Shown here: positions 16,475 to 24,513 of the stretch, piece by piece
Numbering within the stretch: position 1 is the first letter of the stretch
Layout of the letters: every line of letters begins with the position of its first letter
Assembly (NCBI GenBank): GCA_015069525.1
Contig: SVIK01000001.1
Coordinates: 1 to 34,419, forward strand
DNA from: Clostridiales bacterium
Lineage (GTDB): Bacteria; Bacillota; Clostridia; Christensenellales; Borkfalkiaceae
Length of the DNA: 34,419 nt
Reading direction: 5' to 3'
Notes under the pieces: model-generated
Seen by the model: only the letters and a program-made list of their open reading frames with translations
Database searches by the model: none
What the model was told of the DNA's origin: nothing
Position numbers and translations under genes: made by a program

Positions 16475-17110
16475 ATGGCATTTACGGCAGAGCTTGAAAG
16501 AGCGCAAACGTTGAACGCACAAAAAATCGCAGAAGAACATAATGCGATGATAAAAGAACGTTATCGCAGATTGCAAGATGCAGAAGCAGAACAATTTGCA
16601 AACTCTACGCAAGATTACACCGCGCAACAAACCCGCGCGTCTGTTTTCGCGCCCGTTGCGCCCACGTACGTGAACGCTCCTGCGGTGGAACAAACTCCGC
16701 AAGTGACGGAATTTGTACACGCTCGCGTAGAATCTCCCGTGTTTACGACGGAAAAATTTAACGGTATGCAACAAGCGGAAGCGGTAGCGGTTGCGCCCGT
16801 AGCCGTACAACCTATGCAAGTGGCGCACTATGCGCCTGCGCAAGCGGTAGAACAAGAAACGCAATTTGCTTTTACGCCGATGGCGAAGAAGATTTGTATT
16901 GCCTTTGCGGCGACGGTCACCGTAATGCTTTCGGTGATTGGTATCAACACGGGTATTATCAAGCGTAATGAAACGCGTATTCAAGATTTGGAAAGACAAG
17001 AACAGGCTTTGCGCCTTAAAAATGAGGATTTGGATAGACGTATCGAAGAAGCGACAAGCGAAGAAACGATTATCCAATACGCACAAGATAAGGGTATGAT
17101 TAAGGGCTGA
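16475..17110 (+). CDS. FtsL-like bitopic cell-division protein with a long N-terminal extension
   Basis: Position between rsmH and the PBP. Single TM segment (ICIAFAATVTVMLSVIGINTGII) followed by a coiled coil (RIQDLERQEQALRLKNEDLDRRIEE). About 135 aa of Q/A/V/P-rich sequence precedes the TM segment. Confidence 0.65.
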   Translation: MAFTAELERAQTLNAQKIAEEHNAMIKERYRRLQDAEAEQFANSTQDYTAQQTRASVFAPVAPTYVNAPAVEQTPQVTEFVHARVESPVFTTEKFNGMQQAEAVAVAPVAVQPMQVAHYAPAQAVEQETQFAFTPMAKKICIAFAATVTVMLSVIGINTGIIKRNETRIQDLERQEQALRLKNEDLDRRIEEATSEETIIQYAQDKGMIKG

Positions 17111-17304
17111 GAAAAGTCACTAATACGAATAAAAGAAGATTGCTCAATAACGGGTAATCTTTTTTTATTTGCGTTTTCCGTTTCGCTTGGTGTTTTTGGT
17201 TATCATTTCACCACTACTTTAATACAATAATATAGTAAAAAGTAGGGAGAATAAATATCATAAAAAAGAAAGAAACAGACAAAAATGCCTATTCCGTTTC
17301 CGTT

Positions 17305-19023
17305 TTGCGTAGGCGTATGCTTGCCGTGACGGTGGCGTTTGCGATACTTTTTTGCTTTCTTGTCGGACGCTTTTTTTACGTGCAAGTCGTTTGGCAGGGG
17401 GAGCTAAACTATCGCGCGCTCGACCAATGGACAAGGGAATTGCCAATTATAGCGGAAAGGGGAAAAATAACCGATAGAAACGGCGTGGTTTTGGCGGATA
17501 ATACGTCCGCTTATACCGTTTTTGCGCGCTCTAACGCCGTAAAAAATAAGGAAGAAACGGCGAAGACATTGGCGCAAACGCTATCAATGGACGAAAGCAC
17601 GCTTTACGATAAGCTGACGAAGAAAAAAGCTTCGGAAATTACCGTCGCAAAAAAGATAAGCAAGACGGAGGTGGAGGCGCTTTCCAAGCTTTCCTTGGAG
17701 GGCGTGTATTATTCCCGTGATAACGTGCGCGTGTATCCTAAGCGGGATACGCTTTGTCAAGTGCTCGGCTTTACGTCGGGAGATAATTTGGGCGTGTCGG
17801 GGATAGAAAAATACTACGAAAAATCACTTGCGGGGAAAAACGGGGAATTATTATACGAAACGGATTTGGTCGGCATTGAAATCGAGGGGAGCGTAGCTAC
17901 GTATTTGCCAGCGGAAAAGGGGTACAACGTAGAGCTAACGATTGATTACGGCATACAGGAAATCGTAGAAAGCGCCTTGAAAAAGGTTGCGTCCAATTCT
18001 TCGCCCGTATCGGCGGAGTGTATCGTCTTGGACGTCAACAATTTTGAGATTTTGGCAATGGCGAATTATCCTTCGTACGATTTAAACGATATTCCAAGAG
18101 ATGATATCGACGCGTTAAATAGGCTTTCGAGGAATACGATAGTTTGCGACGTATACGAACCTGGTTCTACTTTTAAAATTATCACCTCGGCGGCGAACAT
18201 TGAGGAGCATTTACAAGGGAATCCCAAAGCTTTTTCAACGAAATACGTATTTTCCAGCTCCCGCACGCGAAGCGTGGACGGCACGACGGTTAAGTGTTGG
18301 AGCAATCACGCCAACGGCAAACACGCCAATCAAACGTTAGCGGAGGCGTTAAATAATAGTTGTAATCCGTGCTTTACGGACATGGCGCTTGCGCTTGGCA
18401 CGGACGTCTTTTACGAGTATTTATCTGCATTTGGTTTTGGGAAAAAGACGGGGATAGATTACGGAGGTGAAGCGTACGGTCTTATGATGCCTCAAAAGGC
18501 GGTGCGTGCTTGTGATTTGGCTCGTATCGGTTTTGGACAAACGATAGCCGTATCCGGTTTGCAGTTGGCTTGCGCAACGGCTTCTGCTATCAACGGCGGG
18601 TATTATTATAAACCGCACCTTGTCAAACGGATATATGCAGACGACGGGTATGAAACGTTGAACGTAGGCGCAACCTTGCAAAATCGTACGGTCAGCGAAG
18701 AAACGTCAAAGATATTGGCGAAAATGCTGGAAGGCGTAGTCACGCAAGGTAGCGGTAAAAAAGCGGGGGTAGAGGGGTACAATATTGGCGGTAAGACGGG
18801 TACGGCGCAAAAATTCGAGGACGGGCATATCGCCCAAGGCAAGTACGTTTCGTCGTTCGTGGGCTTCTTTCCCGTGGAAAACCCGAAATACCTTACGCTC
18901 GTCATCGTAGACGAACCACAGGGCGCGTATTACGGCTCGGTTGTTGCCGCCCCTTGCGCGGGCGAAATTTTTCAAGGTATTATATCGTTGAAAAATATAA
19001 AGCCTAATAACGGAGAGGGTTAA
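17305..19023 (+). CDS. Class B penicillin-binding protein (FtsI / PBP2B / SpoVD type)
   Basis: N-terminal TM segment and a PBP dimerisation region. Transpeptidase motifs STFK, SCN, KTGT. The start is uncertain: TTG 17305 as listed, ATG 17317, or an upstream non-canonical start at 17257-17260. Confidence 0.9.
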   Translation: MRRRMLAVTVAFAILFCFLVGRFFYVQVVWQGELNYRALDQWTRELPIIAERGKITDRNGVVLADNTSAYTVFARSNAVKNKEETAKTLAQTLSMDESTLYDKLTKKKASEITVAKKISKTEVEALSKLSLEGVYYSRDNVRVYPKRDTLCQVLGFTSGDNLGVSGIEKYYEKSLAGKNGELLYETDLVGIEIEGSVATYLPAEKGYNVELTIDYGIQEIVESALKKVASNSSPVSAECIVLDVNNFEILAMANYPSYDLNDIPRDDIDALNRLSRNTIVCDVYEPGSTFKIITSAANIEEHLQGNPKAFSTKYVFSSSRTRSVDGTTVKCWSNHANGKHANQTLAEALNNSCNPCFTDMALALGTDVFYEYLSAFGFGKKTGIDYGGEAYGLMMPQKAVRACDLARIGFGQTIAVSGLQLACATASAINGGYYYKPHLVKRIYADDGYETLNVGATLQNRTVSEETSKILAKMLEGVVTQGSGKKAGVEGYNIGGKTGTAQKFEDGHIAQGKYVSSFVGFFPVENPKYLTLVIVDEPQGAYYGSVVAAPCAGEIFQGIISLKNIKPNNGEG

Positions 19024-19119
19024 CGGCGATGGAAGAATTGATTATTCTCTTAAAGGATTTTTTATGGAAAAGCAAAACGTCCCGTTATTAAACCGTGTTA
19101 AAGAAATTGTAATTTAGTG

Positions 19120-19148
19120 TTGACAAATTAAAAAAAATATATTATAAT
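19120..19148 (+). promoter_or_regulatory. Consensus sigma-A promoter of the GH127-like gene
   Basis: TTGACA (19120-19125), 17-nt spacer, TATAAT (19143-19148). Confidence 0.6.
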
Positions 19149-19200
19149 AAAGTTATTATGCAGTAAAAATTGCAAAAAAACGAAAAATGAGGAAAAAAAC

Positions 19201-21021
19201 ATGTGGAAAAACGACGTATTTGCTTGTGTTGACGGAAAGATGACTTTCGACGGGTACATAAAGGAATTGGAGAAATATCTTGTTGAAAATCACGTGACCA
19301 AACAGAACGTATGGGAACTGTTCGTGAAGCAATTTCGCGATAAAACGGATACTGACTGGCGTTGGCGTGGGGAATATTGGGGCAAAGCAATGCGTGGCGC
19401 CGCGATGCTTTATAAAGCAACGAAGGACCCTGCTATTTATGACGCAATGAAAGCTACGATAGAAGATTTGCTTTCCACGCAAGAGGAAAACGGTAGAATT
19501 TCTACCTATCCCGTATCGCTCGAATTTAACGGCTGGGATATGTGGGCGAGAAAATATATTATTTTAGGCAACCTGTATTTCTACGAGGTTTGCGAAGACG
19601 AAGCGTTTAAGGAAAAATTATTAAACGCGCTTGTAAAGCACGCCGATTATATCGTGGCGCACGTAGGCGAAGGGGAAGGCAAGAAACCCATTTTGAAAAC
19701 TTCGGACGCTTGGGGTACGATGAATTCTTGCTCCAATTTAGAGCCGTTTGTAAAACTTTACAAAATTACGGGCAAACCCGAGTATCTTGAATTTGCCGAA
19801 TATATCGTCAGCACGGGGCTTTGCGACGGGGCAAACTTGATTGACCTTGCTTTAAAAGGTATACCGCCTCATAAATATCCGCATCCCAAGGCATACGAGA
19901 TGATGAGCTGTTTCCAAGGCTTATTGGAATTGTATACCGTCACGCGTGACGCAAAGCAATTGGAAGCGGTTGTAAAATTTGCCGATTTGGTATACGATAA
20001 CGAAGTGACGATTATCGGGACGGCGGGTTATGAAGGGGAAATGTTCAGCCACGGCGCGCCTGGGCAAACGGAATATTCCGAGAAAGAGGTATTGGAAACG
20101 TGTGTGACGGTCGTTTGGATGAACCTTTGCTTCCGCTTGTTGGAAATCACGGGTGACGCAAAGTATGCCGATTGGTTGGAATGCGCTTCCCTCAACGCTA
20201 TGAACGGTAGCGTAAATAACAAAGACCAACTTTCTATTCGTTCGGCAAACTGGGACCCTCGCTACGTGGATGCAAGCTTGCCTATGGAAGAATGGCCGAT
20301 GTACACGGGCAAACGCCAAATTTTGCCTTTCGATAGTTATAGCCCGCTTGTAAATGCAAATAGAGGACAATTGATTGCCGGTTTCAATATCATGGAAGAC
20401 GAGCAAATTTACGGTTGTTGCGCATGTATCGGTGTGGCAGGGCTTGCGATGGAAGAACTGTTTGCCGTTATGAAAACGAAGAATGGATACGCAGTAAACC
20501 TTTACGAAGACACGATTGTGGAAACGAGCGATTGTCGTTTGTCGATTGTACGTGATAAAAAGACGTTTGCCGTGAAGATTGCAGTAGAGAGCGAAAAGGA
20601 ACAGACGTTGAAGTTGCGCGTTCCCACGTGGACGGAGGGTTATCAAGTCTTTGTAGACGGCAACGAAGTTGCGGTGGAAGAAAAGGACGGGTATTTCAAG
20701 CTTGCCGTACAAAACAACGTGGTGGAAATTGCGTTCAATGCGGTTGTGAAAATGCTGAAATATCACGATAAAATTGCCTTCAAGAAAGGACCTTACGTGT
20801 TGGCTCGCGACCAAAAATTAGGCGAGGATATCACTACGCCCGTTTCCCTCGCGGAAAAACTGACGATTAAAGCGTATAAGAACGAGCTTTTCGACTGTGA
20901 TTACGCTTATAAATTGCAAACGGCAGACGGAGAGATTACCCTTTGCGATTACGCACACGTTGGTAAGGAATACGATAGTGAGGATTGCAATATCAGCGTT
21001 TGGCTTGAAAAGAAAATGTAA
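19201..21021 (+). CDS. DUF1680 / GH127-like glycoside hydrolase (beta-L-arabinofuranosidase-like), cytoplasmic
   Basis: WRGEYWGKAMRGAAMLY resembles the DUF1680 N-terminal block. E299-T-C301 (LETCVTV, nt 20095-20103) and C406-C407 (YGCCACIG, nt 20416-20421) mirror the Glu/Cys3 zinc site and Cys nucleophile of GH127 HypBA1, as I recall it. No signal peptide. Confidence 0.65.
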   Translation: MWKNDVFACVDGKMTFDGYIKELEKYLVENHVTKQNVWELFVKQFRDKTDTDWRWRGEYWGKAMRGAAMLYKATKDPAIYDAMKATIEDLLSTQEENGRISTYPVSLEFNGWDMWARKYIILGNLYFYEVCEDEAFKEKLLNALVKHADYIVAHVGEGEGKKPILKTSDAWGTMNSCSNLEPFVKLYKITGKPEYLEFAEYIVSTGLCDGANLIDLALKGIPPHKYPHPKAYEMMSCFQGLLELYTVTRDAKQLEAVVKFADLVYDNEVTIIGTAGYEGEMFSHGAPGQTEYSEKEVLETCVTVVWMNLCFRLLEITGDAKYADWLECASLNAMNGSVNNKDQLSIRSANWDPRYVDASLPMEEWPMYTGKRQILPFDSYSPLVNANRGQLIAGFNIMEDEQIYGCCACIGVAGLAMEELFAVMKTKNGYAVNLYEDTIVETSDCRLSIVRDKKTFAVKIAVESEKEQTLKLRVPTWTEGYQVFVDGNEVAVEEKDGYFKLAVQNNVVEIAFNAVVKMLKYHDKIAFKKGPYVLARDQKLGEDITTPVSLAEKLTIKAYKNELFDCDYAYKLQTADGEITLCDYAHVGKEYDSEDCNISVWLEKKM

Positions 21022-21028
21022 ATATATG

Positions 21029-21063
21029 ACAGCCGTATCGAATACAGCGATACGGCTGTTTTA
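21029..21063 (+). terminator. Rho-independent terminator
   Basis: Stem ACAGCCGTATCG (21029-21040) / CGATACGGCTGT (21048-21059), then TTTTAA. Confidence 0.8.
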
Positions 21064-21172
21064 ATGCGTGGTAAACGATATTTAGAGTACTAAAAAGGAA
21101 AAAGTATAAGAGCTTCTTGACATTTGTTAAAAAGTGTGTTAAGATAGATAAAAATTTTGGTGGGATAGAAAA

Positions 21173-23206
21173 ATGGACTTTATTTGGCTCAAAGAAGAAG
21201 AAAATAATTCGTACGCGCAGTTCAAGGCGAATTTCGATTATAAAAAGGGAAACGTAAAATTATCCGTTTCCGCCGATTATAAGTATGAGGCATACGTTAA
21301 CGGCGTTTTGGTGAGTAATTGCCAATATGCCGATTTACCTACCTATAAGAGCGTAGATAGCGTAGATATTACCGCTTTTCTCCAAAAAGGAAATAACGAA
21401 TTGACGATAACGGCATTCCATATGGGAGAAGATTTCTCTTCTTGTCGTCCGCAGACGGCAGGGGTTGCTTTTAGCGTAGAAAACGAGGGAAAAACGCTTG
21501 TCAAATCGGGCGAAGATACGCTGTGTCGTAAGGCAAAAGGCTACCGCCCTGGCGGTATTATCACGGCGCAACTTGGCTACGGTTGGAATTACGATTGTAC
21601 GGACGAGGGGGGAGCTTGGGAAAAGGCACGTTTAACCAAGGCTGAAAATACGCTTGTGCCCCGTCCTATCCCCGCACTTGCGATTGGAGAACCGATGCCT
21701 GTCGTCGTTTGCGCACAAGGTATTTTTCAATACCGTGAAGGAAAAACGGCAGGGGAAAAGGCGCAAAACGCGTGGCTGTCCACTCTGCGTTTTGCGGGAA
21801 TGACGGGAAAAAATAAAATTACTTCCGCCGATTTGCATGTACCGGTGACGTTTAAGGCAAACGGTGGCGACGGCGTTTTCGTTATCGTCGATTTGCAAAA
21901 GGAAACGAGCGGTTATCCCGTGCTTTCCGTTACGGTAGATAAACCTTGTAAAGCAATCTTTGCTTGGGGCGAACATCTTGCCGACTTACGTATCCGTGCA
22001 GAGCGCGAAGGACGTAATTTTGCTTCGGAATACACGTTCAAGAAAGGGGAAAACGCTTTTGCGGGATATATTCACCGTTTAGGGTGCAGATACCTTTGTT
22101 TATTCGTGGAAAACGACGAGGTGACGATAAATACCTTGACGGTGCGTGAGGCTACGTATCCGTTTAAGATGCCGAAAAAGGATTTCGGGGATAGATTGCT
22201 CAACCGCATTTACGAGGTGGGGCGTAGAACGATGCAAATTTGTGCACACGAGCATTATGAGGATTGTCCTTGGCGGGAGCAAGCGCTTTACGGCATGGAC
22301 GCACGCAATCAAATGTTGTTTGGCTACGGTGCGTTTGAGGAATACACGTTGCCCCGTGCCGTGCTTCGTTTACAGGCGTATTCTACCCGAGAAGACGGTT
22401 TGCTTTCCCTTTGTGCACCTTCTCGCGCAAAAATTTGTATTCCTTCGTTCAGCTTGTATTGGGCGATTGCCGTATATGAAAACGCACAGGTGGATTACGA
22501 CGAGGCTTTCGTGAAAGAAATGCTTCCCTACGCTGATAAGATTCTAGAGAATTTTAAGCGTCGTACGACGGAAGCCGGCGTGACCTGCTTTAAGGAAAAA
22601 GACTATTGGAATTTCTATGAGTGGAGCGAGGGCTTGGACGGCGGTACTATCTTCCGTGAATACGAAATAGAGGAAACGACGGACTGTATTTTAACGACGC
22701 TTTCGTTTATGGCTTCGCGTGGCGTTGCAAAGCTGTATAAGCGTGTGGGAGATACGGCGCAAGCGGAAAAGTGGTTGCATTACGCGGAAAAAGTGCAAGG
22801 CACGATAGAGGCGTTTTACGATAAAGAAAAAGGCTTATACGCTTCGTTTATTAAGCAGGGAGAAAAGTACGGTTGGCATGCGCATACCCAAGCGATTGTA
22901 TTGCTTGCCGATATCCCCGAGGAGAGAAAGGATTCTCTTTGCGAGGTCTTAAAAAATCCCGATGGGAAAGTAGTGGATATGACGTTTGCCGCGTTGCAAT
23001 TTAAATACGACGCTATCGTTGCGTGCCAAGGGGATATAAATTGGTGCGTGGACGATATTTGTAAACTGTTTGGAGATATGCTTTTCCAAGGCGCAACCAG
23101 CTATTGGGAAACGGCTTTGGGTGAGGCGGATTTTGACGATGCGGGCAGTCTTTGTCACGGCTGGTCTGCCGTTGGTTGCTACGTTTTCGATAAATACCTG
23201 AAATAA
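21173..23206 (+). CDS. GH78-like alpha-L-rhamnosidase-related protein, cytoplasmic
   Basis: N-terminal rhamnosidase-N-like block (YKYEAYVNGVLVS...DITAFLQKGNNELTI). Six-hairpin domain block HYEDCPWREQALYGMDARNQ. C-terminal SLCHGWSAVG. No signal peptide. Confidence 0.6.
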   Translation: MDFIWLKEEENNSYAQFKANFDYKKGNVKLSVSADYKYEAYVNGVLVSNCQYADLPTYKSVDSVDITAFLQKGNNELTITAFHMGEDFSSCRPQTAGVAFSVENEGKTLVKSGEDTLCRKAKGYRPGGIITAQLGYGWNYDCTDEGGAWEKARLTKAENTLVPRPIPALAIGEPMPVVVCAQGIFQYREGKTAGEKAQNAWLSTLRFAGMTGKNKITSADLHVPVTFKANGGDGVFVIVDLQKETSGYPVLSVTVDKPCKAIFAWGEHLADLRIRAEREGRNFASEYTFKKGENAFAGYIHRLGCRYLCLFVENDEVTINTLTVREATYPFKMPKKDFGDRLLNRIYEVGRRTMQICAHEHYEDCPWREQALYGMDARNQMLFGYGAFEEYTLPRAVLRLQAYSTREDGLLSLCAPSRAKICIPSFSLYWAIAVYENAQVDYDEAFVKEMLPYADKILENFKRRTTEAGVTCFKEKDYWNFYEWSEGLDGGTIFREYEIEETTDCILTTLSFMASRGVAKLYKRVGDTAQAEKWLHYAEKVQGTIEAFYDKEKGLYASFIKQGEKYGWHAHTQAIVLLADIPEERKDSLCEVLKNPDGKVVDMTFAALQFKYDAIVACQGDINWCVDDICKLFGDMLFQGATSYWETALGEADFDDAGSLCHGWSAVGCYVFDKYLK

Positions 23207-23230
23207 AATTGTATAAAAATCAAATATTAC

Positions 23231-23276
23231 AACAAGGAGTTTGGCTTTTTTACCAAACTCCTTGTTTATTTTTTGT
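23231..23276 (+). terminator. Rho-independent terminator
   Basis: 14-bp stem AACAAGGAGTTTGG (23231-23244) / CCAAACTCCTTGTT (23253-23266), then TATTTTTTG. Confidence 0.85.
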
Positions 23277-23372
23277 AAAATCGTGTTTTTTTGTTTATTC
23301 ACTATTGCGAAATTCCATAAAAAAAGTTAAAATATAAGAAAAAAGTTTAATTTATGGTATACGGTAATAAGT

Positions 23373-24329
23373 ATGGAGAAAAAAACGAGAAACGAGAAGA
23401 AAATTTATGCATTAAAAACGAAAAGCATGCCTCGTGTCAGCTTTGCGGTAATTAGCCGTGAAACGCTTGAAAAGGTTGATAAAATAGAGGATAACGGTTT
23501 TGTTTGTGTTCGATACGTAGATACGGGAAAAATGGACGTCGCTTTTCAATACGGACCAAAATTTACCGTTAAAGCTGGCGAATATTGCATTTACCCGCGC
23601 AAAAGCAAATCGCAAACGGTAATACATAAAAATACGACGACGACGCTTTTTTCTTTCTTTATTGACGAGGGAGAGGATAAACTTATCAATTCTTCCGAGG
23701 TGTTGTTTGAAAAGTCGGATAACTATAAATACGTGGACATTGAAAGCTTATTCATTTTGCAAACGGGAAAAATCACGCCGTCTGACCGAGCTTATTCCGA
23801 ATTGAAGCAGTTGGTTCATCGATACGACGCAATTGGAGAATATACGAACGCGAACGTGTCTATGCACGCTTGGAATTTCTTGTTGTGGCTCGCCAACGCA
23901 CAAATAAACGATATAAAAGGGAATAAAGAGGAGAAAAAGAATAGCGTAGAAAAATATTGCGATAGAATTGACGAATATATCGAAAAGAATTATATGATGC
24001 CGATTACGATGACGACGATTGCCGATTTGCTTGTTTTGCATGAAAATTACATTAGTCGTATTTACAAGCAAACGCGCGGATTGACGGTGGTTGAACATTT
24101 GCGAAACGTACGTATCGAAAAGGCAAAAGAATTGTTGTTGCAAAACAAATATACGATTGCGCAAGTGGCAAAGGCAGTCGGCTTTTTAAACGTGAAATAT
24201 TTTATCGCCGTATTCAAAAAAGTGGAAAGTGTTTCCCCTGGGAAATATTATCGCAATCTTTTCGAACGTCGGTTGTATTCTTACGACAAACCTGAATATC
24301 TCGATTATTCAAACGACGAGATTTTGTAA
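23373..24329 (+). CDS. AraC-family transcriptional regulator
   Basis: C-terminal double HTH (ITMTTIADLLVLHENYISRIYKQ...IAQVAKAVGFLNVKYFIAVFKK...SPGKYYRN). N-terminal sensor-like domain. The start is uncertain because the RBS is weak. Confidence 0.85.
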   Translation: MEKKTRNEKKIYALKTKSMPRVSFAVISRETLEKVDKIEDNGFVCVRYVDTGKMDVAFQYGPKFTVKAGEYCIYPRKSKSQTVIHKNTTTTLFSFFIDEGEDKLINSSEVLFEKSDNYKYVDIESLFILQTGKITPSDRAYSELKQLVHRYDAIGEYTNANVSMHAWNFLLWLANAQINDIKGNKEEKKNSVEKYCDRIDEYIEKNYMMPITMTTIADLLVLHENYISRIYKQTRGLTVVEHLRNVRIEKAKELLLQNKYTIAQVAKAVGFLNVKYFIAVFKKVESVSPGKYYRNLFERRLYSYDKPEYLDYSNDEIL

Positions 24330-24513
24330 AAGTTATAATTTCAAACTATGTTAATTTTTTGGAATTGAATTATAGAAAAAAAAGTGATACTATTATATTG
24401 TATTATTATGTTATAACGACAAAAGCGCAGGCCAATTCGCTCAAAAAGCGATTGTTTTCGCGCGATTTTGCCGTTAAAATGATAGAAAAAGCATAATTAA
24501 GGAGAAAAATGAT

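Noticed and set aside
16439-17086. 215-aa minus-strand ORF covering the ftsL-like gene.
   Set aside because: Its composition is Arg/Phe/Leu-rich and nonsensical, and it is antisense to a gene whose position and TM-plus-coiled-coil layout fit the dcw cluster. Shadow ORF.
19029-19091. 20-codon ORF (MEELIILLKDFLWKSKTSRY) just after the PBP stop, with a GAGAGGG sequence 9 nt upstream.
   Set aside because: It is too short to call from sequence alone, and the SD-like sequence lies inside the PBP coding end. It would need ribosome profiling or conservation evidence.
19921-20814. 297-aa minus-strand ORF inside the GH127-like gene.
   Set aside because: It is antisense to a CDS with recognisable family motifs. 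It has no RBS and no domain-like sequence. Shadow ORF.
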